Assembly (NCBI GenBank): GCA_023213395.1
Contig: CM041465.1
Location: forward strand, 44,585,741-44,649,740
Source of the DNA: Cycas panzhihuaensis
Lineage: Eukaryota; Plantae; Cycadophyta
DNA: 64,000 nt
Direction of reading: 5' to 3'
Below, piece by piece: positions 24,242 through 37,117 of the stretch. Numbering within the stretch: position 1 is the first letter of the stretch; each line of letters begins with the position of its first letter. The translations under genes and the position numbers were made by a program. A model generated the notes under the pieces. It saw only the letters and a program-made list of their open reading frames with translations. It was not told the origin of the DNA and did no database searches.

Positions 24242-27200
24242 TGTTGGAATTAGAGATGCACAGTAAGAAGGACATGAGAAGCATCATGTAGAATTAGTCT
24301 GCCTTTAAAAAAGAATTAATCAATTAATTTTTTTGAATTTCACTTTGTGCATCAGTCGATGCATTAAGAATGTAACTATACAAACATATTACATTAAAAA
24401 AGGGTTAATAGATAAACATTATTCTAATACTCCCCCTTAATATTTACATCATTAATTTTGACACCTACCCCATCCTTGAATTTTTGGAATTTGTCTTGTG
24501 TTAGAGGTTTAGTGAAGATATTTGCCAATTATTTATCTATTGACATGTACACTAGCTTGACTTCTGTATTTTACATCAATTCTCTAATAAAGTGATGATG
24601 CACTTCAATGTGTTTGGTGCAAGCACGAAATACTGGATTTCTCACAATCTTGAACATACTCTTATTGTCACAGTACAACTTTGTTGCATCCTTTTGGTGA
24701 AGACCCATGTTGCCTAGAATTTGCCTCAATTAGATGACTTTTGTAGCCACTGCAATTACAACTTTGTACTCAACTTTAGTAGAGGAGAGAGCAATACTAG
24801 GCTTCTTCTTGTTGCTCCATATCACTGCAATTGGCTCTAAACCAAAACAATAGCCAGATATTGACCTCTTGCTATGAGCACAACCAACCCAATTTGAATC
24901 TGTGAAGCCCTCCAACGTGAAGTTATCATTGTGCACAAAGTCAAGTCCATACTTCAATGTTTCTTGCAAGTATTTTAGGATTTGCTTTGCAGTTGTCTAG
25001 TGGTTTTTCTTCAGCTTTTGCTATGAACCTGGAAATCATTCCAACTGCAAAAGAAATGTAAGGCTTGGTTGTGGTTAGATAGATGGGACTACAAAACAAC
25101 TGCCTATATAAAGTGCCATCCATGGTTACTTCATCATCTTTAGCTTTCAACCTCATACCTCATCTCTACAGGGGGTGGTGCATGTTTATACTTCTCCATT
25201 TTGAATTTCTTTAGAAGCCCTCGAGTATATTTTGCTTGTGAGATGAAGACTCTACCAAGCTTATGCCACACTTCCACTCCAAGTAAGTAATGAAGTATAT
25301 CAAGATCAATCATTTCAAAAGCTTGACTCATATCCTTCTTTAGGTCTGATGTCATCGAGGTATTATTCCCTGTGATTAACAAGTCATTAATGTACAACAC
25401 CATAAAGGTTGCATTGTCATCTTAAACCTTTATGTATAAGTTTGAGTCAATTGTCGATCTCTTAAACCTAGTCTTTAGAAAGTACTGATCAATTTTCTCG
25501 TACCAAAATCTAGGAGCTTGCTTCAGGCCATACAAAGCCTTTTTCAATTGACAAACTAGGTGTTCCTCACCCTTCTTTACATAACCAAGTGGTTGCTCTA
25601 TGTAGACCTCTTTAGTCAAGTCCCTCTTTAGGAAAGCACTCTTCATGTCCATTTAGCGTAACTACCATTTGAACTGAGCAACTATGGTTAGAATAATCCT
25701 GGTTGTGTTCATCTTTGCTACTAGAGCAAATGTTTCTTGGTAGTCGATACCTTCCTTCCAATTGAAGCTTTTAGTCACAAATAAAGCTTTATGCTTGTCG
25801 ACTATGCCATTTGACTTATATTTGGTCCTATAGACCCATTTGCATCTAGTTGCTTGCTTTCCTACTGGTAATTCTATTGAGTCCCAATTTTGTTTTTTCA
25901 TCACTGCTTGGATTTTAGCATCAATAATAGGATTCTACTTTTGCTCTTTCCATGTCTCCTCAAAAGTGGAAAGCTCATTAACACTCAACACTTGTTCCAT
26001 AAGAGCATAACTGATTTGTCCAGTAGGTCACATTTTTTTACTTTCACTTACCTTCCATGTTAGCTAACCAATTTTGAGCATCGTTGATGGTCTTCAAGCA
26101 CTATTTAGGCAACTTTTTTGTGGAGTAGGAGGATCAACTCCAGGTTTAGGCTCCTCGAACTAGAATGACTCTATCTCAATCGAATCATCAATCTCAACCT
26201 CATCAGCTTCAACTATCGGTCCTGTCTTAAGTATTAAAGCATTCCATGAGAAACTACACATAGGTTGCTCCTTGACATGCTTGACGTCAACATAACCCAA
26301 AGTAGCTATATTATTTTCTTCAAAGATGACATCACGAGTTGTGTGTACCTTATTGGTTTACAACACAAAAACATGATAAACCTTACTTTGTTTAGAATAT
26401 TTGATCAAGATACACTTGGAACGTTTATCACTGAATTTTTGTCTTTTCTCCTTTGTAGTATTCATATATGTAGTGCACCCAAATACTCAAAGATGGCTCA
26501 CTATTGAATTCCTATCTGACTAGGCCTCCTTAGATGTGATGTTCTGAACTGCCTTCATTGGACTTTTGTTGGTTAGATACATTGCAAGTACTTCTACCCA
26601 CATGTAGTCTACTATATATTCTCTCTTCAACATCGACTTGGCTTTCTTGAACATTGTCCTATTCATGTGCTTAGTTACGTTGTCTTGCTATAGTGTGTTG
26701 GTAGTTGAGAACTGCCTGTTGATGCCATGATCCTTACAAATTTGAGTGAATTCGAAGGTGATGAATTCACCTCCATTGTCAGTTCATAGGATTTTGATCG
26801 TGTCTTGATTCAATTTTAACCAACTCTTTAAATTGTTTGAAATTAGAAAAGCCCTATTATTTCTCCCTTTAGGGAAACACCCATAATTTCCTAGAAAAGT
26901 CATCAATGAAGGTCAGGAAATACTTAGCTTTGCCAGGTGACACTGTGGACATTGGTTCACAGATGTTTGAGTGTACCAACCTGAATTTCTCCTTCACTTG
27001 TTGGGGTTTCTTTTTCAGAAATGGCTCTCTATGCTATTTGCCCAAGCTCTTTATGCTACTTGGTTCACACAAACAATCTTTTATTTTAATTTTAGTCAAG
27101 TCATGCACCATATTCAACTTATGCATCAACTGAAGACTTGAGTAATTCAAATGCCCTATTTGTACATGTCATGACTTTTGTTTAGAAGATAAAGTAGTGA

Positions 27201-28532
27201 AAGGTTTTTAAACCTCGTGTTTTCCATATAGCTTATACAGATCATCTTCCCTTGTACCTATTGCTATGACATTCTTATTGTGATCCCTAATAATACATTT
27301 GCCATTCTCAAACTCAACACTCATACTCTATTGTTCAATCTATGATATAGAAATGAGATTCCCCTTAAAGTCTAGTAAATGGAGAACATTGTTTCAATAA
27401 CATTTCTTACCATTGTCAGATTGATAGATGGGAACTTCAACTCCTTCAACATTCAATTCTATGTCACTGCCGATGGTGACTATTTGTCCATTGGCCTCTC
27501 ACATGGATTGGAACCATTCCAACGTACCTATCATATGCTTGGTTGCACTTGAGTTAATTAATCAGTTGTTTTGTGCATCACTCTTTATCTTAGAGGCTAC
27601 AATAAAGAGTCTTCTTCCTTTGTCATCTCTCCTAGAAGAGTGTGTTCCTAAAATGTGTCCACATTGTCTTGATTGTTTATGTTGTTGTTGTTGTTGTTGA
27701 GATCACCTTTGTTGCTATGACTATTGCTTTTGTGGTTGCCTTTGTTGCTGTAACTCCCAACAATCCTTCCTTAGATGTCCATCCTTTCTATAGTGCGAGC
27801 ACTTTGGCTTTCATGCCTTAGAACTTTCACCCTCCTGTCGAAGTTTAGAGAATGTTGCACTCCTCTTAGGAATGAATATCTTTTTCCCTTTTGCTTTGGC
27901 TACCAATGCCCTAGGAGACTTCACCATGTTGTTCCTTCAACCTCCATTCATGATGAAGCAACTGGAATTCTAAAGCACTAAATGATAGGGAAGAAACCTT
28001 GTTTGCCAATGTCAAATTTGTGATAAAGTTTTCATATTTGTTTGGTAGACTCCTCAATTAAAGTGATAAGCTCTAAATTTGTGATTGTCTATCCAATAGC
28101 TGCCAACTGATCTTGTCTTGATTTGACTTGTTGGAGATGATCCATCATTGGCCATTTCTACTTTAGGCTGTAAGGTTGATTGTGCAATATCAATACTTTG
28201 GTATTATCTTTATGCTCGTACAGAGATGTGATTTCATCCCAAGCCTCCTTAGGAGTAGTTGCACGTCTGATATTAATAATCAAATTGCCTCCAATAGATA
28301 GATTTATGAAGCCCAATGCGATCCTCATCTTGGTATCAAACTTTGCTTGGTGATCCAGATCCTTTATCTTGGCCTTCTGAGTAGCATTATCACCCTTAAT
28401 TGACTCATCTATGTACTTGCATAGGTCATTTAAACTTAAAAAATTGTTCATTTGGTGTTTCCAAGTAGGGTAGTTTTGAATATTGGTTTGTTTTTCTCTT
28501 ACTAACCCCTTTATACCACTTCCACTAGTCAT
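24242..28532 (-). mobile_element. Ty1/Copia element, degenerate gag-pol with 3' LTR (24242-24429); 5' LTR not seen
   Basis: gag (NYPTWK..M), RT ([35 protein letters not shown]) and RH (FTDSNW, SIALSSTKVEY). Reverse PPT ctcccccttaa at 24430-24440. Confidence 0.92.
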
Positions 28533-28699
28533 GAATCAAAAAATATGACACAAAATGGATGATAAACACACCAAAAAGAATACACTTGCAAGCTTGATAT
28601 GAAAGTTTGAACTAGGAACATAATGGAACCAATACAAAAGTTGCAACATAGTTTGTCAAGTAGAATTGGTCTACCTTCAAAACAAAATTTTCATTCATT

Positions 28700-31600
28700 G
28701 AGAATGATCGATACATAATATACAATCCAATACATGTATATGTACAATTGGGATTGGTTAATGGTCCAAAAACAACTTGTAATTGCCTTGACATGTGTCA
28801 CATGTCCCTTAAGGACTCTATGTAACTCTTGACAAGTGTCATCAAGGTAATGATGACTTAATGACTCATCAACTCACCATTAGACCTATGTAAACATTAA
28901 TTCTAACACTCCCCCTTAATGTTTACTTTGTTGGCTTTAACGCTGATACAAGATTTGCATTTGTCAAACTTGTCCCTAGCTAATGATTTGGTCAAACTAT
29001 TTTCTAATTACTCTTCAGTTAGTTTGTACACAAGCTCGACTTTTCTATTTTGGATATGCTCTCGGATGAAATGATGATGCACCTCAATGTGTTTGGTGCA
29101 AGCATGGAACACCACATTGTTAGCAAACTTCAAAGTACTTTGATTATCACAGTACATGGTAGTTGCCTCATCCTGATGAAGGTCCAAATCATCAAGGACC
29201 TATCTCAACCATATGGACTCACAAGTTGTTGCAACAACTACTTTGTACTTTGCCTTAGTAGATGGCAACGCAACATTCAATTGCTTCTTGCTGCTCTAAG
29301 TGACAACAACAGAATCCATACTAAAGCAATATCTTGAAGTGGACCTTTTGTTATCAACATATCTAGCCCAATTAGAATCTGAATACTCCTCTAGTCGTAT
29401 ATTGTCATTCTGGCTAAACTCTAATTCATAATGCAGTGTTCCCTACAAATATCTAAGAATCCTCTTTGCAATTTTCCAGTGGCTTTGTTTCAGTTCTGCC
29501 ATGAGCCTTAACACCATACCAACTACAAAGGATATGTTAGGCCTAGTTGTAGTCAAATAGATCAAACTACCAATTAGTTGTCTATACCACATGCCATCTA
29601 TTTGGTGTGCATCGTCTAGAGTTGTCAACTTCAAACCTATCTCCATGGGGGTTGCGACAGGTCTACAGTCCTCCATTTTGAATTTTTTTAGAATTTCCCA
29701 TGCATACTTAGCTTGTGAAATGAAGATTTTTTTGGGCTTCTGCCACACTTCCACTTCCAAAAAGTAGTGAAGTAATCCAAGATCTATCATCTAAAATGTT
29801 TTCTTGAGATCTCTTCAGGTTTTTAACCTTTAAGGTATTGTTACTTGTGATCACAAGATCATCTACATACAACGCTACAAAGATGACTGAATCACCTTCA
29901 ACTTTGATATATAGGTTTGGATCAACTAGCAACTTCTCAAACCCATTATTTAGAAAATACTGATTGATCTTGGAATACCAAGCTCTTGGAGCCTGCTTTA
30001 GGCTATACAAAGCTTTTTTCAAGTGACATACCAGGTGTTCTTTTCCCCTTGCACCATACCTAGGAGGTTGCTCCATATAGACCTTCTCCTTAAGATCTCC
30101 ATTTAGGAATACACTTTTGACATCAAGTTGGTGTAATTGCTATTTGAATTGAACAACTAATGCCAATAGTTGTCTAATTGTCACCATCATGGCTACTAGA
30201 GTGAATGTCTCTTGGTAATCAATCCCTTATGTCTTCCTTGAATCCTTTAGCTACTAATTTAACTTTGTGCTTATCAACTAAGCCATCATATCTAAATTTG
30301 GTCTTGTAGACCCATTTGTAATCAATTGTCTGTTTGCCTGTTGGCAAATCAACCAAGTTCCAAGTTTTATTCTATTCTACAACACGTATTTCAACATCCA
30401 TTGTTGTTCTCCACTTCTGGTCTTGGTAGGCCGCCTCAAAAATCGAAGGCTTTTTAGCATTTAACACATCTGCCAGCAAAAATGACCATATCAAGTCTCA
30501 TCCTTGATTTACGCTTCTCTTTATTTTCATGCAGCTGAGCTTCTGCTATGATTTTCAAATACCATTTAGGGACTTTCTTGGTAGGTGAAGTGACCTTAGG
30601 TTGCACTTCAAGTTGTGATTCTCAAGTGGCCTCATACTCCTCCTCCTCACCTTCCTCTTCTTCATCCTCATCTTCCTATTTTAGCTCAATTTTAGGCTTG
30701 ATAAATTATTGCCTTGAAGAACTAGATTATGGATTTTGCTCACTCTGCTTCCCTTTGTTTTGCTAAATCTTCAAAAGTGTCCAGGTCCAGGTCTTCATCC
30801 TGCTTGTTAAATTTTTCAGAGGTGACATCCAAAGTTGTGTGTACCTTTTTGGTTGCCAACTCATATGCCCAATATACTTTGCTTTCTTCATTATACCCTA
30901 TGAGGATGCACTTGGAACTTTTATCATCAAAGTTTTGGTGTTTCTGCTTTGGAACATGCATACACGCAGTACTTCCAAAGATTCTTAGATAGTTCACTAT
31001 AAGTTTTCTACCCACCATACTTCTTCTGGTGTCATGTTCTAGACAACTTTTGTGGTACTCTTCTTGTTCAGATATACTATTATATAAATAATTTCAGCCC
31101 AAAAAAATTTTGAGAGATTTTTCGCTTTCAATACCGACTTGGCCTTTTCGATCAATGTCCTATTCATTCTCTTAGGTACACCACTCTGCTATGGTGTGCA
31201 TGCTATTGTTAGTTTTATTCTCTACTCTCACCTTAAATTCCTTGAAAATGTTGAATGCCTAGGACTTCTCCTTTATGGGATGCACCCAAACCTTTCTAAA
31301 AAATCATTAATGAAGGTCAAGAAGTATCTTGCTCCTTTAAGTGAAGTGGTTGGCATAGGACCACATATATCTAAGTGGACTAGGTTTAGTTTTTCAATTG
31401 CTCTCGAAGCTTTACCTTTTGGAAACTTTTCCTTGTGCTACTTCCCAAAGATGCAGGGTTCACAAATGCCTTTCTCTGCTTTAAACCATATCCAACTTGT
31501 GCATCAAATGTAAACCAAGAAAGTGCAAATGGCCTATTCTCTCATGCCAAAATTGAATTTTGCCAAATACACTAACAATTAATGCTCTTTGGTTTATAGA

Positions 31601-32100
31601 TTTACCTAAGATCCTATAAAGACCACCTTCTCTTACACCTTCTGTAATTGTTTATACTTCACGGTCATTAATAGTAGCCTTTCCATCCTTGAAGAGAACA
31701 CTTATGTTCTTGTCTTCAATCTGACTAATTGAAATTAAATTCTTCTTCAATCCTGGCACATACATCACATCTTCAATGTCGTGATTTTCCCTATCAGGTG
31801 TGATGAATGGGACCTCCCCTATGCCTTTTGCATCTAACATTGCATTGTCACCCAAAGTTAGTGTGTATCTAGTTGCTTTCCACATGTGCCTAAACCATTC
31901 AAATCTACTTGTCATTTACTTAGAAGCTCCCAAGTCTATGCATCAAATATCACTTGATTTCAATCCTGTCTATGAAACCACCATGTTTTTCCAATCCCCC
32001 TGGTTTTGTTGATCAGTTTTCTACTGACCATCCTTGTGCTATTGTTGATTAGCTTGCAACTTCGTATAGTTTTACCTAAAGTGTGATGGTTTTATTGTAG
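28700..32100 (-). mobile_element. Ty1/Copia element (PR-INT-RT-RH, PPT 28909-28919, 3' LTR); gag truncated and integrase internally deleted
   Basis: [65 protein letters not shown]. The LTR edge ...ttctaaca is at 28908. The left LTR boundary is approximate. Confidence 0.9.
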
Positions 32101-33158
32101 TAAAACCATGTCTAATGGGGCAACTTATTTGAGTGAGAATTAAACAAACTTCCACCCATTATTATGTAGAAGAATAGAAAAACACACAATAAACTAACAA
32201 ACCACACACAAAAAATTGGCTTTAAATAGCCCTAACATAACGCACATTGATAGTTTATTAATTTTTGTGATTTTGGAGTCCTTGGTCACTTCATAGAGTG
32301 TTGAAATAACATAAATACATCGGTCAGCATGTGGGGAGCCAAAATTATACCACATGATCTCGCTAAATTGAAAGAACATGAAAAATTGCTATAGAAATGT
32401 CTTCTTAGATTTTACATTAGTCTTCTATTTAAGCCACAAATCTCCTTAGCACCCTGTCTCCTATGCGACCAGGAGCTCTCGACAAAAGGGCTTAAAGATC
32501 GGATTTCAAACTAAAGTTCAAAATAGCTTAATGCAACCCAATATTACAAAATAAAATAAAAATTTAACCTATGTTATAAAAGTCGAATATGCTAATACTC
32601 CTTGTGCATTTTCCAAATTCAACTGACATTTTCTGGCTGATTTCGACGATTCAATCTATGTTGCTCTAGCTTGTCTATTTATGGGTGTTAGGCTTTTACA
32701 CGATGCATCTCTTGTTCGATGTTGGTGTTACATCGGCGTCTGTGTGTGATATGTTCTACGATCAATACCAATGGGCATCTCTTTGCATTTGATGTCTCAA
32801 TATTCATTGAGTTTCGAAGGTCTTCAAATAATAGGTGATAACATTGAAGGATCTCACTAATAAATGTAATTGTAATAGGAGATTCACTTTTAGTATTCCT
32901 CAAAAGCTTTCGTCCACTGCCACAATGAAAAAATGGAAATGTCTACAAATTGTCTGTAGTTAGCCTTTTGGTACCTCAAAACATTGATCTTGTATTGGGC
33001 TTTCTAGAGTAAATATCATATCTTACAACACAAAGGATGTGTCGACCGAAGGCAATGACATAGATCCCTTACACAACTTAGAGCTCACTTTAACTCTCAT
33101 TTGCAACACTAAGAATCAATCACTGAATGTCATATCTAAGGCATGCTTGGAAAGCATA

Positions 33159-34101
33159 GATGGAAAGAGTGAAGTTAGAAAGTGAAAGCTTCCAATCTAG
33201 AGTAACACCAATGAGGTCACTCGGAAGACACAAAGAATAAAAGTTTGGACAATGATGGGCCCACCAAAGATTAAAAGGTTAAAAATTGTAGTGGAAGCTT
33301 AGACAATACTATTGGCTATGCTAGAAATTGCAATTCTAGATTGGCTGATGATAATGAAGCTTAAGGTAGCATCTTGTCAAGAGATGAGAGGAATTTGAAT
33401 TCTTCAGGTTCTCCTGATAGTTCTCAACAATGAAGAAAACATCAAAATTCAAACAACCTTGAAGCTTTCGTTGAAGGCAATTTGTCCATGGCTAGCCATT
33501 TTGGTGGTAGAGACATGTTTGGTTTCAACGCATAGGGTAAAGAAACAAATCATTGTATTTTGTAGAGTCAAAGTGAATGAGATGTTGTATCCTTCTCGAG
33601 ACTTCTGGAGGGAGTAGTATTTGCCACATCAGGTTTGGTGAATCCTGAACGAGCAAATCTATGATCACAAGTGTTGGAGATGGGAGCGGGATATGAATTT
33701 GATTGGAATCCTAAGTGCACTCTTCTTATTTGTACATTTCCCAACACTCCTAAGTTTAGACAAGTGAAGGATGACAATAGATCTATTGTCTCAAGGGAGT
33801 GGGTCACTAAATGCTATAAGTAGAAGAAGCTTGTGGAGATTGATCCTTATCTCATGTATGTTGGAAAGCCATGGAGGAATAGACACACTTCAAATATCAA
33901 TGATGTGAGTGATAATTCTATAGCAAGGAAATGATAGGAGAAGGCTGAGGGAAGTTGCAAGTGGATGGAAAGAACATCAACGTTATAGTGCCTGAGAACA
34001 AAGCAAGAAAAGCCAATGTAAAGAGCAATGAAAAACTAGATTTCAATCCTTCAAAAGTGCAAAGATGGGCAGTTGAAGATTTGGATGCTGTAATGTCTTT
34101 G
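33159..34101 (+). pseudogene. XRCC1: XRCC1 pseudogene fragment (BRCT domain plus start of the C-terminal region)
   Basis: The frame from 33593 reads FSRLLEGVVFATSGLVNPERANL*SQVLEMGAGYEFDWNPKCTLLICTFPNTPKFRQVKDDNRSIVSREWVTKCYK*KKLVEIDPYLMYVGKPWR, matching the plant XRCC1 BRCT. After a frameshift comes LDFNPSKVQRWAVEDL (34036-34083). A weak N-terminal motif RK*KLPI* sits at 33177-33200, so the start is uncertain. Missed by the ORF track. Confidence 0.88.
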
Positions 34102-34185
34102 GTAAACTTGTAAACAAATAATATATATTTGAATTCTTCTTTCTCCCTCAAGAATAGTATTGCATTCCTAGTTATGTCGTTTCTT

Positions 34186-34603
34186 TGGAGAATAAGGAGA
34201 ATGTCATTTATGTGAATTGGTATTTTTAGGAGAGAGAATAAGAAGTGGTTTTTTGAGAGAGAGAAAAAGTAGGGCTATAAATAGGGAACATTACACATTT
34301 GTAAAACAATCTTGGAGAATTTATTATTTGATTTGGAATAATGGCCTAGAGATATTAAGGCACTGCTATGCCAATTGAGAGGAAATGCTTGCCTTGAAGA
34401 GGGCAATATCATTTGAGATGTCATCTGTTATTACTTTTATTGACTGTTGCAAATATGATCTTTTTCTATGAAAAGCTATTACTTGTTATTATTTTGATTT
34501 GCTGTTGAAATAATTTGATGTGATGTATGCTAAGATATTATCTGGAATCATTTATGCTGTAATCGTTATCTATTTCTATCATAACTATGTGGGCATCGCC
34601 ACA
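34186..34603 (+). mobile_element. PPT-like tract plus ~400-bp Gypsy-type LTR (34202-34603)
   Basis: ggagaataaggagaa, then TGTCA...GCCACA. Contains TATA ggctataaata. Shares blocks (catttgtaa, tcttggagaattt, ataatggcct, ccttgaagaggg) with the LTR at 55635. Confidence 0.65.
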
Positions 34604-35023
34604 CCCCCATTATTTGATTTGACAATGTTTAATCTCTGACCACTCTCATTTTTCATTTTCTCCTTGAATTATTTGAAAATATTAGATGTTTAGGATTTCT
34701 CCTTTATGGGATAGACCCAAACTTTTCTCGAAAAGTCATAAATGAAGGTCAAGAAATATCTTGCACCTCCAATCAAAGTGCTTGGTATCAGACCACATAT
34801 GTTTGAATGGACAAGGCCAAGCTTTTCTATTACTCTCCAAGCTTTGCCTTTTTGAAATTTCTCCCTATGTTGCTTTCCCATGAGATGGGGTTTATACAAA
34901 CTATTCATTGGTTTTTATTTAGGAAGACCATGAACAATGCTTAATTTATGCATTAAATGAAGACATGAGTAGTACAAATATCCCATTCTTCTATGCCATA
35001 TTTGTTTTTTACAAGATACATCA
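34604..35023 (-). mobile_element. Ty1/Copia integrase fragment (continues at 50170-50204)
   Basis: WHRRMG, GKQHREKF, LVHSNICG, GGARYFLTFIYDFSRKVWVY. Confidence 0.85.
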
Positions 35024-37117
35024 TGTGGTGGACTCTACGATGTTTCTTGCCAATTCCAATAGAAGACTAACCACAAAAATACTCAAGTACTACCAAATAC
35101 AAAAAGATGGAAGCAAAAGATTGCCAATTACCACTCCAAATAACATGGGAAAGATATTGTAATAATATTATAACAATTATGGCAATGCATAAGGAAATGA
35201 AATAATAATGCAAATATGATAACTTCACAATAAAAATGAAATAATAGCTAATAATGAAACTTATGTTTATTACAAAGATTCCACAAGAGTCTTCCAGAAA
35301 GCTTCTACAAGAAATTTTCACAAAAGCTTGTCCTTCTTCAAGGCAAGGAAGCCTCCCAAATAAAGCCTTTCCTAAAGTAGCGAAGAAACAAATAAAATAG
35401 CAAAGGTTTTCTGTTTTAAATGACCAACCACTCCTTATATAGGTTGCCCATCCAATTCCCATCAAAATTTTTGTGATATTTAGGTTATTTTGACCTTGGA
35501 GTTGACCTCTAATAATCTACATTTAAGACTTGAACCTTCAAACTATCATGGCATTTTCATACCATGTTCATTTGGGGCTCACAAACACTCATTTCGAAGC
35601 TAATGGGACACTCTATGCTATTGTCCATGTCTGATAATCTAATTCCATTCATTTCAATATTATAATTGTAAAATTATAATATTGAAATGAATGGTGCCTA
35701 AGTCCATTGGGACAGGCTGGCATGCAACAATTCCTCCTCTCTTTCAATATGATTTGCCCTCAAAGTATGGATATAGTTGGTTGATGCTTCCATCATGATT
35801 CACGTTCCACTTGAACCTCGTGTATGTGTTTAAGGGTTGGCCCCACTTAGCCCACTTTGTCATAGATTAGTTGTTCATGATGTGCAACGATTCATCTCTT
35901 TTTGACATGCTTTGGTCTTAAAGCATTTTCAAATTTGAGCTTCAATGAATGCCATGGGCCATCTCTTAAGATTGGTGGTTGCTTACATTCGTTAGTATTC
36001 AAGGTGTCCAATGATTTAAAAGTACTTATTGATAGTTCTTGTGTTGATATTGTTGTACCTTGTAGTTTTGTTTCCATGCGACATCTTGTTGGTGGAATGT
36101 GTACTTATCCATTGGAATCTATTTCTTTAATGGAGTAACCTTCATTGCAAAAAGACTTATACCCTTGTTCTTCATGTCTTGTTTTTCGACACCGTTAGGC
36201 TTCTTTGGTACTGAAATAATAGGTCATGTGCTTGGTAGATCTTGGGTTCTGTGTGCTATCCATTCACCTTACTTGAGATCTTGTATACTACTTCCACATT
36301 GTCCATGGGGATTGGCTCTTAAATAGTGGAGGTTGTTTAGAAATAGGGAGATGAGGTTGATGTGAACAAGTGATAGAAAATAAGGAACATGATGGAGGCC
36401 TCATGGGAATGAGGAGTTTAGACAAGGACATATGAGATGGGTACATAGTAAATGGGAATTGAGTTGGTTGGAATGATGGAAATCTTATATGGGAAAGGAG
36501 TTTAGAGGGAAGATAGAATGATAGGCGAGAATGTAGCTTAGGTGAAGAATGAAGAGGTAAGAAGCATGGGAATTAGAGGGAAAAAAATGGGTAATAGGCT
36601 ATGTAGGAAATGGAACTTGAGTGTAAGGTGATTGGGGGTAATGAAAACTACATGGTGGGGGTATAGTTGAATAGGAATATGGTGTTACAAAGGGTTGAGG
36701 GGTTGATAAAAGGTACAAATGACATGGTAGCTTATGGAGGAGATAGGAGGACAATGGATGTAGGGGTTAACTAGGAAATGAGTAAAAGATAAAGCATGGG
36801 GAATATGATGGACATTCCATATAGGTAGGAGAGGGAAATATGTGAGACAAGGTTTGAAGCATGGATGATAGATGGTAAAGGTGATGGGGAAAAAAGAGGG
36901 AAAAATTAGAAGGTGGAGGAAAGAAGAGGAACAAAATGAAGCATGATGAAAATGATAGATGATGGTTAATTTGGAAGATAAAAAGAGTTGGGAATTAATG
37001 ATAGGAATGGGAACATTATGATGATGAGAAAGGTGTGCATCAATTATGGACATTTGGTAAGTAGGGGATGAGTGATTCTTTATGGCCATATGAAGTGGAG
37101 ATTCAATAGGAACTGTA

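Noticed and set aside
33568-33807. Minus-strand 79-aa ORF
   Set aside because: Antisense shadow of the plus-strand XRCC1 BRCT pseudogene.
34202-34603. Solo LTR
   Set aside because: The flanks differ (gagaa versus ccccc) and a PPT-like tract precedes it.
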